NCBI GenBank assembly: GCA_043814095.1
Contig: JBDRKI010000001.1
Coordinates: 1 to 47,299, forward strand
Direction: 5' to 3'
From: Armatimonadota bacterium
Lineage (GTDB): Bacteria > Vulcanimicrobiota > JACPDS01 > JBDRKI01
DNA length: 47,299 nt
The notes beneath the pieces are model-generated. The model had not been told where the DNA came from. It ran no database searches and worked only from the letters and a program-made list of their open reading frames with translations. Of the stretch, positions 20,201-28,656 are shown piece by piece (positions within the stretch are counted from its first letter, which is position 1; each line of letters starts with the position of its first letter). The position numbers were made by a program, and so were the translations under genes.

Positions 20201-20435
20201 CCTGGCATTAAAACACAGGATTACAAAAATTAAAATGACAGGCAACTTTTTAAATATCATAGATTTAAAAATGACGGGGATCCCCGTAAAACTTATTTAC
20301 GGGTTAAGCAACCGGTATAATGTAAAAGTATATTTTAAAGATAAAAATCTTGTGATAGAAGGTGCCCTGCAGAAGAAAAACTGGTTCAGGATAATAGAAG
20401 ACATACTGGATAAATTAAGTGATTATTTCCATTAA
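17256..20435 (+). CDS. mfd: Transcription-repair coupling factor
   Basis: GEFS.RG.ILDIFP, CarD-like VH.NYG, DRLICGDAGFGKTEVA, DEEHRFG, TATPIPRT, QIRGRVGR, DLEIRGAGNLLG, TRCF domain. Confidence 0.96.
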   Translation: MVIDFLLQKFKYIKDDIENIKEITGLTSHGRSFLLSCIFNLLNKTVFFITSTEERALQVSDEAKFFLGSTNNIYNFYEKEEFENQRLNVLDSITKNKDKNNLIISSIKAVLQKTVSKDEFKKAKISLTKNEKYDLASLIKQLVSFGYEKNYMVNSRGEFSQRGCILDIFPSNFNPVRIEFLYDAIESIRVFDPVTQRSTELIDSVNILPAKELDSASNILDYLPKNSLIILDEPASLKLHVMEYLDDLNIKEFDLKNVTKNKKTLIFSRSSEEEGPGILKLNFKDVYSFGGKMPQVYENLKSWSKEGITVLIVSTQYNRLKDILSGENIPSLHYNIPGQMQKGQIIITEGKIKNGFLLEESDLIVLSDSELFGSVYRPPHAAVIPKKSVSPKDEIKLGDFIVHKNYGIAKFARLNCMEIEGSKKDYLILEFDKGARLYHPFDQMDLLERYVAPEGSHVKLSLLGSSVFLKSRAKIKESVKEVAAQLLKLYAERQKIKGYRFSSDTVWQSELEAAFPFEETPDQLDAIKCVKQDMESELPTDRLICGDAGFGKTEVALRAAFKAATDHKQTAVLVPTTVLAQQHYETFSERLSTFPVKVEVLSRFKTPSQQKKIIEGLIEGKVDIIIGTHRLLQKDIKFKNLGLLIIDEEHRFGVKQKENLKQMKKNLDCITLTATPIPRTFQMAVSGIKNLSMINTPPEHRIPVKTYLFEYSKDIIKGALIRELERGGQVFYLNDRVRGIEKEAAALQKLIPHARITIAHGQMPVHKLEDIMHEFTQHKYDILVCTTIIESGLDIPEANTIIIRNAQNFGLSQLYQIRGRVGRRNLQAFAYFLYPRNTVFNSNAVKRMETLKEFSDLGSGFQIALKDLEIRGAGNLLGTAQHGFIEAVGFNEYCRLIKEAVSELKGEDTESPPPSPTIDIPLQAYIPEEYISDKKVKLEYYKKLADFKDIKELESIKKEFTDLFGPYPVEMENLFIVISLRILALKHRITKIKMTGNFLNIIDLKMTGIPVKLIYGLSNRYNVKVYFKDKNLVIEGALQKKNWFRIIEDILDKLSDYFH

Positions 20436-20518
20436 AAAAAGGAAGAACTTTCATAAGTAGTGAATATACACCCTTAGAATTAAATTAATATCACTTTTTA
20501 TTTTTTCCGGAGGAGATT

Positions 20519-20989
20519 ATGGAGCATTTGTGGGCCCCCTGGAGGATGAAATATATAAACTGCGCTAAAAAGAACGATGAAGGATGTATTTTCTGCAATA
20601 AACCCAAAGAAGAAGATCTTAAGAAAAATTATATCTTAGAAAAAACAGACCTCTGCTTCGTTATATTCAATATATACCCGTATAATAACGGACACCTCAT
20701 GGTGGCGCCTCTTCGCCATCTTAAAAATCTGAATGAACTTACAGATGAAGAGACCGAAGAAATATTCAACCTTCTGAAAAAATGGGAAAAAATACTCATG
20801 GAAAAACTTAACCCCCACGCTTTCAATATAGGGGCTAATATAGGGAGGGCCGCCGGAGCGGGATTTGAACACCTCCATTTCCATATTGTGCCCAGGTGGA
20901 ACGGGGATTCAAATTTCATGCCGGTTATATCCGACACTAAAATTCTCAATATGAGTTTAGATGAACTCTACGATCTGTTAACTAATTAA
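20519..20989 (+). CDS. HIT family hydrolase (Ap4A phosphorylase/hydrolase-like)
   Basis: LWAPWR, CIFC, YPYNNGHLM, HLHFHIVPRW. Confidence 0.92.
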   Translation: MEHLWAPWRMKYINCAKKNDEGCIFCNKPKEEDLKKNYILEKTDLCFVIFNIYPYNNGHLMVAPLRHLKNLNELTDEETEEIFNLLKKWEKILMEKLNPHAFNIGANIGRAAGAGFEHLHFHIVPRWNGDSNFMPVISDTKILNMSLDELYDLLTN

Positions 20990-21006
20990 TAGCCGTATAA
21001 TTTATT

Positions 21007-21882
21007 ATGAACCGTTCAGAAAAATATATTAATCTTAATTATGTATTCTCATGTATCCCGAGAATTAAGAACCTGTTAAAACAGGAAGAATATATTGATA
21101 TTATCCTAAGTGCGGATAAAGAAAAACTTAAAAAAACATACGGGTTAAATAACCTGCTTATAGATAAACTTGCTTCCGTTAAAAAAGATAACCCCGCAAA
21201 AAAGGAACTGGAATTCTGCACAAAACTGGGTATTAAGATAACAACCCCGGGAGAGAAAGATTACCCTTTACATCTTAATAATATATATGATCCTCCCCTC
21301 TGCCTGTATTATAAAGGGAAGATGCCGGCTGACGATGATATATTAATATCCGTTGTCGGATCCAGAGCGGCTACCCCTCCGGGCAGGATAAATGCGGAAA
21401 ACATGGGTTTTAAGCTTGCTTCATACGGCATTACCGTCGTAAGCGGTATGGCAAGAGGTATTGATACATGCGCCCATACCGGAGCCTTAAAAGCCGGAGG
21501 AAAAACCTTAGCTGTATTGGGATGCGGGCTTAATATTGTCTACCCTCCCGAAAATAAAAAGCTTATGAAACAGATATCTGAAACAGGAGCCGTTATATCG
21601 GAATTCCCGCCTGAGGCCCCTCCCAACGCGTGGAATTTCCCTATAAGGAACAGGATTATAAGCGGGATAAGTATGGCTACGATTGTGGTTGAAGCAAGCC
21701 AGAAAAGCGGATCCCTCATAACAGCGGGATGCGCCCTGGAGCAGGGCAAGGAAGTATTTGCCATGCCGGGGAATGCCTTATCTCAAGTTGCAAAAGGCGT
21801 TAACCGGCTTATAAAAGACGGCGCCCGGCTTATTGAAAACGCGGAAGATATCCTGCTGGAACTTAATATTAAAATCAGATAA
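21007..21882 (+). CDS. dprA: DNA-processing protein DprA
   Basis: VVGSR, VSGMARGID..AH, VLGCG, FPIRNRIISG, VEA..KSGSLITA. Confidence 0.95.
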   Translation: MNRSEKYINLNYVFSCIPRIKNLLKQEEYIDIILSADKEKLKKTYGLNNLLIDKLASVKKDNPAKKELEFCTKLGIKITTPGEKDYPLHLNNIYDPPLCLYYKGKMPADDDILISVVGSRAATPPGRINAENMGFKLASYGITVVSGMARGIDTCAHTGALKAGGKTLAVLGCGLNIVYPPENKKLMKQISETGAVISEFPPEAPPNAWNFPIRNRIISGISMATIVVEASQKSGSLITAGCALEQGKEVFAMPGNALSQVAKGVNRLIKDGARLIENAEDILLELNIKIR

Positions 21883-21952
21883 AAATTCTTAAATTACATT
21901 ATAATTTAAGAATTTACACTTTATCCTCATCCCCCCTGTTTTTCAGTAAAAA

Positions 21953-21997
21953 TACCCCATTTGACCTATATCCGTATATGCACGGTGCGGGTATAAT
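21953..21997 (+). promoter_or_regulatory. Activator-type promoter: 16-bp box plus -10
   Basis: TACCCCATTTGACCTA at 21953; TATAAT at 21992 (39 bp downstream). Confidence 0.6.
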
Positions 21998-22087
21998 ATA
22001 AGTGGGAAGGGGAAATGAGACTTCCCACGAGTATGATTTAAAGGCTAAATGCCATTAAATAAAACAAAAAGAAAGGAGGAAACTTAA

Positions 22088-22564
22088 ATGAAAAAGCTGT
22101 TAATAATTCTGATCGCTATCGCTTTCATGAGCGCGGCCGCGTTTGCCGGTTCAACCGACACTCAGACCGTGTATTATGAAATTGACGCGATTAACGAAAT
22201 TGCTTTTGACGCGGACGAAACATTGACAATTAACTTCGCGACAGCAGGTACTGAACCCGATCGGGATATAGCGGAGTGTACGTATGCCATAACCACAAAC
22301 GAAACAGCCGGCAAAAAGTTAACCGGCGCGATTAACGCCAATATGCCTGGCGATACCGACCTTATGGTAACTGCCGCCGCACCTACAGGCGGTTCCGGTT
22401 CCGGCCAGGTAACGCTTAACACTACAGCTGCGACCCTGGTAGCCAGCATAGAAACAGTTGCGGAGTCCGGTATTGCATACAGCATAACATTAGATGCTAA
22501 CGTCGCAGCCGGTCTTCCTGCAGACGGTTCAAGAGTCTTAACCTTCACATTAACAGATGAATAA
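22088..22564 (+). CDS. Exported pilin-like subunit (YAITTN family), tandem copy 1
   Basis: Signal peptide (AFA|GS); TQTVYYEIDAINE, YAITTNETAGKKLTG, MPG, AAAPTGG, LTFTLTDE; strong RBS AAAGGAGG. Confidence 0.85.
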   Translation: MKKLLIILIAIAFMSAAAFAGSTDTQTVYYEIDAINEIAFDADETLTINFATAGTEPDRDIAECTYAITTNETAGKKLTGAINANMPGDTDLMVTAAAPTGGSGSGQVTLNTTAATLVASIETVAESGIAYSITLDANVAAGLPADGSRVLTFTLTDE

Positions 22565-22587
22565 ACAGATTCTTTAAGTTAGTGTTG

Positions 22588-22621
22588 AAAAAAGCCCCGA
22601 CTTTATGCCGGGGTCTTTTTT
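22588..22621 (+). terminator. Intrinsic terminator
   Basis: GCCCCG..CGGGGT stem flanked by A and T tracts. Confidence 0.75.
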
Positions 22622-22650
22622 ATGATAACCATGCATCAAAACGCCCAAAA

Positions 22651-22727
22651 TACTCCTTTTGGTACCATTTTCAGCTCAAAAATACTCCATTAGAACTATA
22701 TTCTATTAGCAATTCCGGTGCTATAAT
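22651..22727 (+). promoter_or_regulatory. Activator-type promoter: two boxes plus extended -10
   Basis: TACTCCTTTTGG at 22651, TACTCCATTAGAACTA at 22683; TGcTATAAT with TATAAT at 22722 (39 bp after the second box). Confidence 0.6.
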
Positions 22728-22817
22728 TAAGCTGGGAAGGGGAAATGAGACTTCCCGCGAGCAAGATTTAAAGGCTAAATGCCATTAAATAAAACAAAAA
22801 GAAAGGAGGAAACTTAA

Positions 22818-23297
22818 ATGAAAAAGCTGATAATAGTCCTGATCGCGATAGCTTTCATGAGCGCAGCCGCGTTTGCCGGTTCAACCGACACTCAGACTGT
22901 GTATTTTGAAATAGACGCGATTAATGAAGTAGCTTTTGGTGCCGACATAACCTTAACGATTGACACTGCAACCGCCGGTTCAGAACCTGATTCAGACGGT
23001 AATATTTCATTAACCTATGCCATAACCACAAACGAAACAGCCGGCAAGAAGCTGACAGGGGCACTTAATGCGAATATGCCGAGTAATACTCTTATTAGAG
23101 CAACCTTAGTAGCCCCTTCTACTGGTGCCACTGCCGGTGAAGTTACTTTGAATTCTACGGCTCAGTCCTTAGTAACCAGCATTGAAACAGTTGCACAATC
23201 TGGCATTAGTTATACAGTAGCACTGGCCGCAACAGTCGCAGCCGGTCTTCCTGCAGACGGTTCAAGAGTCTTAACCTTCACATTAACAGATGAATAA
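22818..23297 (+). CDS. Exported pilin-like subunit (YAITTN family), tandem copy 2
   Basis: Near-identical N-terminus and identical C-terminal 20 aa to 22088..22564; divergent internal segments. Confidence 0.85.
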   Translation: MKKLIIVLIAIAFMSAAAFAGSTDTQTVYFEIDAINEVAFGADITLTIDTATAGSEPDSDGNISLTYAITTNETAGKKLTGALNANMPSNTLIRATLVAPSTGATAGEVTLNSTAQSLVTSIETVAQSGISYTVALAATVAAGLPADGSRVLTFTLTDE

Positions 23298-23320
23298 ACA
23301 GATTCTTTAAGTTAGTGTTG

Positions 23321-23354
23321 AAAAAGCCCCGGCTTTATGCCGGGGTCTTTTTTT
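23321..23354 (+). terminator. Intrinsic terminator
   Basis: GCCCCGGC-tttat-GCCGGGGT stem followed by a T tract. Confidence 0.82.
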
Positions 23355-23364
23355 ATATTTAAGC

Positions 23365-23394
23365 TTGACAAACATTTTAACTTTCTACTATTAT
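23365..23394 (+). promoter_or_regulatory. Sigma70-type promoter for the topA operon
   Basis: TTGACA (23365-70) - 18 bp - TATTAT (23389-94). Confidence 0.5.
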
Positions 23395-23425
23395 ATTATA
23401 CAACATTACTTTTTGGAGGATACCT

Positions 23426-25522
23426 GTGGCAAAATCTCTTATAATCGTTGAGTCACCCGCTAAGGCAAGGACTATAACGAGACTCCTTGCGAATAAATAC
23501 AAAGTAATAGCTTCTATGGGGCACATAAAAGACCTGCCCAAAAGCAGGCTCGGTGTGGACATAGAAAATAACTTTGAACCGCAGTATATTAATATAAAGG
23601 GGAAAGGGACTTTAATAAAACAGATAAAAGCCGAAGGCAAGAAACATAAAACAATATTTCTCGCCCCTGACCCTGACAGGGAAGGCGAAGCTATCGCGTT
23701 CCATCTGAAGCAGATACTTGATAAACACGAGACACAGAGAATTTACCTGCATGAGATAACAGCCCCCGCGTTAAAAGAAGCATTGAAAAATCCTACCGAT
23801 ATAAACATGAATAAAGTAGACGCCCAGCAGGCAAGAAGGGTGCTTGACCGTCTTGTGGGATATAAATTAAGTCCCCTGCTCTGGGAGAAAGTTCAGCGCG
23901 GTTTAAGCGCCGGAAGAGTCCAGTCCGTGGCGGTTAAACTTATATGCGACAGGGAAAGAGAAATAGAAGGATTCACATCTGTTGAATACTGGACGGTAAC
24001 CGGTCACTTTACTCCCGAAGATAAAGAACATCCCTTTAAAGCGGAGCTCGCGCAGATAAACAACGAGAAGATATCAATACCCAACCAGGAAGAAGTTGGT
24101 AAAATAGTTGAAGACCTTAAAGTAAAAACATTCCATATAGACAAACTTACTCAGAAAGATCAGAATAAAAACCCCTCCCCTCCTTTTATAACGAGCACAC
24201 TACAGCAGGAAGCTTCAAGAAAACTGGGATTCAGAGTTTACCGCACGATGAAAACAGCCCAGCAGTTATATGAAGGACTTGATATAGGGCCGCATACTAG
24301 CGTCGGTTTAATAACCTATATGAGAACCGATTCGGTAAACCTGTCACAGACAGCCAAAGACCAGGCAAAAACATACATAAAAGAAAAGTACGGCGCTGAA
24401 TATGTGGGACCCGACAGAAAATTCAAATCACGCAAAAGCGCCCAGGAAGCCCATGAAGCCATAAGACCCACTGATGTAAACAGGAGCCCCGAAGAAATAA
24501 AACAGTTCCTCACCGATGATCAATATAAGATATATAAATTAATATGGCAGAGATTCCTCGCGAGCCAGATGGCAAGCTGTATACTTGATGTTAAAACCGT
24601 TGAGATTAAAGCCGACCAGTATCTTTTCAGGGCATCGGGCCAGAAAGTTAAATTCCCCGGTTTTACGGCGCTTTATGAAGAATCAACAGATGATGAAGAA
24701 AAAAACGGGGATAAAGAAGAGATACCTGATTTAAAACAGGGTGAAAAAACCGACCTTGTAAAAATTGAACCCGTACAGCATTTTACCCAGCCCCCTCCGA
24801 GATACAATGAAGCGACTTTAATAAAGATACTTGAAGAAAAAGGTATCGGAAGGCCCAGCACTTACGCCCCCATTATAGAAACCATACAGGCAAGGGAATA
24901 TGTATTGCTGGATAACAAACGTTTTTCTCCCACTAAAATAGGGTTTATCATAACAGATCTTTTAACGGAAAATTTCGCGGAAATAATGGATATAGGATTT
25001 ACCGCAACAATGGAAGAAAACCTGGATAAAGTGGAAGAAGGAGACACTCACTGGATTGAGATTATAAAAAGCTTTTATCAGAAATTTGAAGAAACACTTA
25101 ATAAAGCCCATGACTCCATAAAGAAAATAATTATGGAACCCGAAGTTACCGACCAGGAATGTCCTAAATGCGGAGCGCTCATGGTTATAAAAATGAGCCG
25201 GTTCGGCAAGTTCCTGGCCTGTTCAAAATACCCCGAATGTAAATCCACAAAATCATTCGCCCAGGAGATAGGCATACCGTGCCCCAATAACTGCGGAGGG
25301 CAGGTTATAACAAAACGGACCAAAAAGAGCACTTTCTACGGGTGTTCAAGCTACCCGAAATGCAATTTCATGAGCTGGTACCGACCTACGGATAAAAACT
25401 GTCCCAGATGCGGCAAAGTCATGGTGCTTAAGCCTTCAAAAAGCAAAAAGTTTTACATGACATGCATAGATCCCGAATGCGGTAAAAAAGCAAAAGAAGA
25501 AAACGAACAGGCGGAGGAATAA
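23426..25522 (+). CDS. topA: DNA topoisomerase I
   Basis: [35 protein letters not shown] (catalytic Tyr), [11 protein letters not shown], three C4 Zn ribbons; GTG start. Confidence 0.97.
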   Translation: MAKSLIIVESPAKARTITRLLANKYKVIASMGHIKDLPKSRLGVDIENNFEPQYINIKGKGTLIKQIKAEGKKHKTIFLAPDPDREGEAIAFHLKQILDKHETQRIYLHEITAPALKEALKNPTDINMNKVDAQQARRVLDRLVGYKLSPLLWEKVQRGLSAGRVQSVAVKLICDREREIEGFTSVEYWTVTGHFTPEDKEHPFKAELAQINNEKISIPNQEEVGKIVEDLKVKTFHIDKLTQKDQNKNPSPPFITSTLQQEASRKLGFRVYRTMKTAQQLYEGLDIGPHTSVGLITYMRTDSVNLSQTAKDQAKTYIKEKYGAEYVGPDRKFKSRKSAQEAHEAIRPTDVNRSPEEIKQFLTDDQYKIYKLIWQRFLASQMASCILDVKTVEIKADQYLFRASGQKVKFPGFTALYEESTDDEEKNGDKEEIPDLKQGEKTDLVKIEPVQHFTQPPPRYNEATLIKILEEKGIGRPSTYAPIIETIQAREYVLLDNKRFSPTKIGFIITDLLTENFAEIMDIGFTATMEENLDKVEEGDTHWIEIIKSFYQKFEETLNKAHDSIKKIIMEPEVTDQECPKCGALMVIKMSRFGKFLACSKYPECKSTKSFAQEIGIPCPNNCGGQVITKRTKKSTFYGCSSYPKCNFMSWYRPTDKNCPRCGKVMVLKPSKSKKFYMTCIDPECGKKAKEENEQAEE

Positions 25523-25523
25523 A

Positions 25524-26048
25524 ATGAAATCTACAACCATTTTAGCTTTAAGGCATAACGGCATGACCGCGATCGCGGGCGACGGTCAGGTTACTTTAGA
25601 TAAAACCGTGATGAAGCATAATGCGAAAAAAATACGCCGCCTTTATAATGATAAAGTAATATGCGGGTTCGCTGGAAGCGCGGCGGACGGTCTCACATTA
25701 TTTGATAAGTTTGAGAAAAAACTTGAAGAATTCGGCGGCAACCTCGTGCGTTCGGCGGTAGAACTCGCCAAAGACTGGAGAACGGATAAAGTCCTAAGGA
25801 GACTTGAAGCTCTCCTTATAGTAGCGGATGCAAAAAATCTTCTGATATTATCAGGGACAGGCGATGTCATAGATCCGGATGACGCAATAGCCGCAATCGG
25901 CTCAGGCGGACCTTATGCCCAGGCCGCGGCAAAAGCTTTGATTAAGCACTCCAATTTAACGGCTGACCAGATCGCCAAAGAAGCTTTAACGATCTCCTCT
26001 GAGATCTGTATCTACACAAACGAACACATAACCGTAGAGACATTATAA
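25524..26048 (+). CDS. hslV: ATP-dependent protease peptidase subunit HslV (ClpQ)
   Basis: N-terminal [41 protein letters not shown]. Confidence 0.96.
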   Translation: MKSTTILALRHNGMTAIAGDGQVTLDKTVMKHNAKKIRRLYNDKVICGFAGSAADGLTLFDKFEKKLEEFGGNLVRSAVELAKDWRTDKVLRRLEALLIVADAKNLLILSGTGDVIDPDDAIAAIGSGGPYAQAAAKALIKHSNLTADQIAKEALTISSEICIYTNEHITVETL

Positions 26049-26049
26049 T

Positions 26050-28644
26050 ATGGCATCCGTAAAGACAAAACAAATAACCGGAACCCCGGACATGAATGTT
26101 ATTACTCCTATGCTGAAGCAGTATTTCAGCATAAAGGAGGAAAATCCCGATACTATTCTTCTTTTCCGGGTCGGTGATTTTTACGAATGCTACCACACAG
26201 ACGCGGAGCTTATATCAAGGGATCTTGATATTATCCTCACTTCAAAAGACGCAGGCAAGGGCCAGCGCGTTTATATGGCGGGAGTCCCTTACCACAGCGT
26301 AAACCCTTATATCAAAACACTGGTAACCAAAGGATACAGGGTAGCCATATGCGAACAGGTGGAAGATGCGCGCTTCGCTAAGGGGCTTGTAAAAAGAGAA
26401 GTCGTAAAAACAATAACCGCGGGAACTATCCTTGATCCCGACATGCTGAAGGCCGATGAGAATAACTACCTTCTCGGGCTATCAAAATACAATAATCTTT
26501 TCGCCGTCGCGGTCGCAGATATATCCACGGGAGAACTCTCGGGAATTGAATTTGAAGAATATGACAGAACAAAACTGCTGGATGAAGTCAAAAGACTTAA
26601 CCCTTCGGAGATCGTTATAGATTCCACCGTTACGGAAGAGAAACTGGTTGAACAGTTAAAAAACTTAAGCCGTAATTATTTTAAATACGATAAACCCCTG
26701 AATTACAAAGAACTTGATGCCCATATACCCGATACGGATAATTATTCACAGGCCTTAAAACAAGCATCGGGTGTTATTATAAATTACTTAAAAGACACAC
26801 AGAAAACGACACAGCTGAACCTTGACAGGTTGACCTCTTACTCCCAGCAGAATTACATGATTTTAGACAATACAACCTTAAGAAACCTTGAGATCGTGAA
26901 AACGCTCCTGACCGGAGAAAAAGAAGGAAGCCTTCTGTCCGTAATAGACAAAACCTCCACATCAATGGGGGCGCGAACCCTGCGCAATATCATAGAGCGC
27001 CCGTTAACGGATGTTCAAGCAGTTAAAGACAGGCAGTCCTGCGTAAAGGAAATAATAAACGGTTACTCGGTGGTAGATGAAGCAAAAAAACTTTTTGATA
27101 AGGTGTATGATCTTGAAAGAATACTCGCGAAAATAGAATATAATACCGCTAACGCGAGAGACCTGCTGGCTCTTGAGAGGTCTCTGGAAGTATTCCCCGG
27201 CATAAAAGAAAAATTTTCTTCCTTTAAAAGCAAAGAGATTAAAAACTTATGTGAAAACTTTGACCTTCTTTATGACCTGCACGGACTTTTATCGGAATCG
27301 CTCGCGGAAAATCCACCCCTAACCGTGCGCGAAGGCGGGATAATAAAAGACGGTTATAATAAACAATTGGACGATCTGCGCGTAATAAAGGGCAGCAGCA
27401 AAAAAATGATAGCCCGGCTGCAGGAAGAAGAAAGAAGCCGCACGGGAATAAAATCCTTAAAAGTTGGCTTTAACAGTGTTTTCGGATATTATATTGAAGT
27501 TACAAAGCCCAACCTGCCCATGGTCCCGGAAAATTACATAAGAAAACAGACTCTGGCAAACTGTGAAAGATTTATAAATGAAAAGTTAAAAGAATACGAA
27601 GCCGCGATACTCGGGGCCGAAGAAAAAATTAAGAACCTGGAATTTGAACTTTTTAATAATATACGCGGTGACTGCGCGAAGGCCGCTAAAAGAATAAAAA
27701 ACAGCGCTAAAATTATAGCTTACCTTGATGTGCTTGTAAATTTTGCCTATATAGCGGTAAATAATAACTATTCCTGCCCAGTGATAACAGATGACGATAA
27801 AATAATAATCAAAGAAGGCAGGCACCCCGTAATAGAAAAGACAAATATTGAGTCTTTTACCCCCAATGACCTGTATCTTGACTCTTCGGACAATAAATTA
27901 ATCCTTATAACAGGCCCTAATATGGCCGGAAAATCAACTTTTTTAAGACAGACCGCCCTTATAGCCATTCTTGCCCAGAGCGGCTGTTTTGTGCCCGCGA
28001 AAGAGGCCTCCATAGGCATTATAGACAGGATATTTACTCGCGTGGGAGCATCTGACGACCTGCATCTGGGGCAGAGCACATTTATGGTTGAGATGGCGGA
28101 AACCGCCAACATTTTAACCCAGGCCAGTTCAAGATCGCTTGTCATACTTGATGAAGTCGGGCGCGGCACCTCAACCAAAGAAGGTTTAAGCCTTGCCCAG
28201 AGCATTGTTGAATATATCCATAACAATATCGGGGCTAAAACGCTTTTCGCGACGCACTTCCACGAATTAACACAGCTTGAAAACCACCTCGCGGGCGTAA
28301 AGAATTACAAGACGGTTGTAAAGGAAACCGGATCCGAGATTATCTTCCTTCACAAAGTAGTTCCCGGAGGGACAGATAAAAGTTTCGCGCTTTACGTTGC
28401 GCATCTTGCCGGCATACCTAAAACAGTCATAGAAAGATCCGCACAAATCTTAGACGAGATTGAACAGGGATATGAAAAAGTTTCCCTAAAGACAGAAGGC
28501 AAAACAAAACAGCTCTCCTTCCTTGAGGAAGAAGCATCGCATCCTGTTATTGAAGAAATAAAATCGCTTGATGCGGCCAGCATAACGCCTATTGAAGCAT
28601 TAAATAAAATACACTCGTGGCAGGAAAAGATAAAAAAGCTATAA
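26050..28644 (+). CDS. mutS: DNA mismatch repair protein MutS
   Basis: TPM..QY, FRVGDFYE, TGPNMAGKST, STFMVEM, LDEVGRGTST, FATHFHEL. Confidence 0.97.
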   Translation: MASVKTKQITGTPDMNVITPMLKQYFSIKEENPDTILLFRVGDFYECYHTDAELISRDLDIILTSKDAGKGQRVYMAGVPYHSVNPYIKTLVTKGYRVAICEQVEDARFAKGLVKREVVKTITAGTILDPDMLKADENNYLLGLSKYNNLFAVAVADISTGELSGIEFEEYDRTKLLDEVKRLNPSEIVIDSTVTEEKLVEQLKNLSRNYFKYDKPLNYKELDAHIPDTDNYSQALKQASGVIINYLKDTQKTTQLNLDRLTSYSQQNYMILDNTTLRNLEIVKTLLTGEKEGSLLSVIDKTSTSMGARTLRNIIERPLTDVQAVKDRQSCVKEIINGYSVVDEAKKLFDKVYDLERILAKIEYNTANARDLLALERSLEVFPGIKEKFSSFKSKEIKNLCENFDLLYDLHGLLSESLAENPPLTVREGGIIKDGYNKQLDDLRVIKGSSKKMIARLQEEERSRTGIKSLKVGFNSVFGYYIEVTKPNLPMVPENYIRKQTLANCERFINEKLKEYEAAILGAEEKIKNLEFELFNNIRGDCAKAAKRIKNSAKIIAYLDVLVNFAYIAVNNNYSCPVITDDDKIIIKEGRHPVIEKTNIESFTPNDLYLDSSDNKLILITGPNMAGKSTFLRQTALIAILAQSGCFVPAKEASIGIIDRIFTRVGASDDLHLGQSTFMVEMAETANILTQASSRSLVILDEVGRGTSTKEGLSLAQSIVEYIHNNIGAKTLFATHFHELTQLENHLAGVKNYKTVVKETGSEIIFLHKVVPGGTDKSFALYVAHLAGIPKTVIERSAQILDEIEQGYEKVSLKTEGKTKQLSFLEEEASHPVIEEIKSLDAASITPIEALNKIHSWQEKIKKL

Positions 28645-28656
28645 AGAGGTATCTGC

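Larger units (their letters stand above)
21940..23354 (+). repeat. Tandem duplication (about 730-bp unit) of promoter - leader - pilin gene - terminator
   Basis: Identical blocks 22035-22099 = 22765-22829, 22283-22314 = 23016-23047 and 22502-22592 = 23235-23325, with divergent sequence between them. Confidence 0.92.

Noticed and set aside
20467-20482. TACACCCTTAGAATTA as a further copy of the 16-bp box
   Set aside because: Weak match, lacks the upstream A-tract, and has no TATAAT 39 bp downstream
22002-22060. c-di-GMP riboswitch in the pilin leaders
   Set aside because: Lacks the GGCAAA...GACGCAAAGC core of class I and the kink-turn/pseudoknot pattern of class II; kept only as an unclassified hairpin
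22174-22548. Antisense ORF over pilin copy 1, representative of the many opposite-strand ORFs in the track (e.g. 7487..8020, 27768..28226, 39027..39524, 42486..42950)
   Set aside because: Shadow ORFs fully overlapping well-supported genes, with no motifs or RBS
22582-22788. 68-aa ORF between the tandem pilins
   Set aside because: Runs across the terminator, promoter and leader of the duplicated unit; no RBS; spurious
5576-23297. Type IV pilin, sortase pilin or WxL interpretation of the subunit family
   Set aside because: No class III prepilin G|FxxxE motif, no LPxTG or C-terminal TM anchor, and no terminal WxL motif; they carry ordinary Sec-type signal peptides
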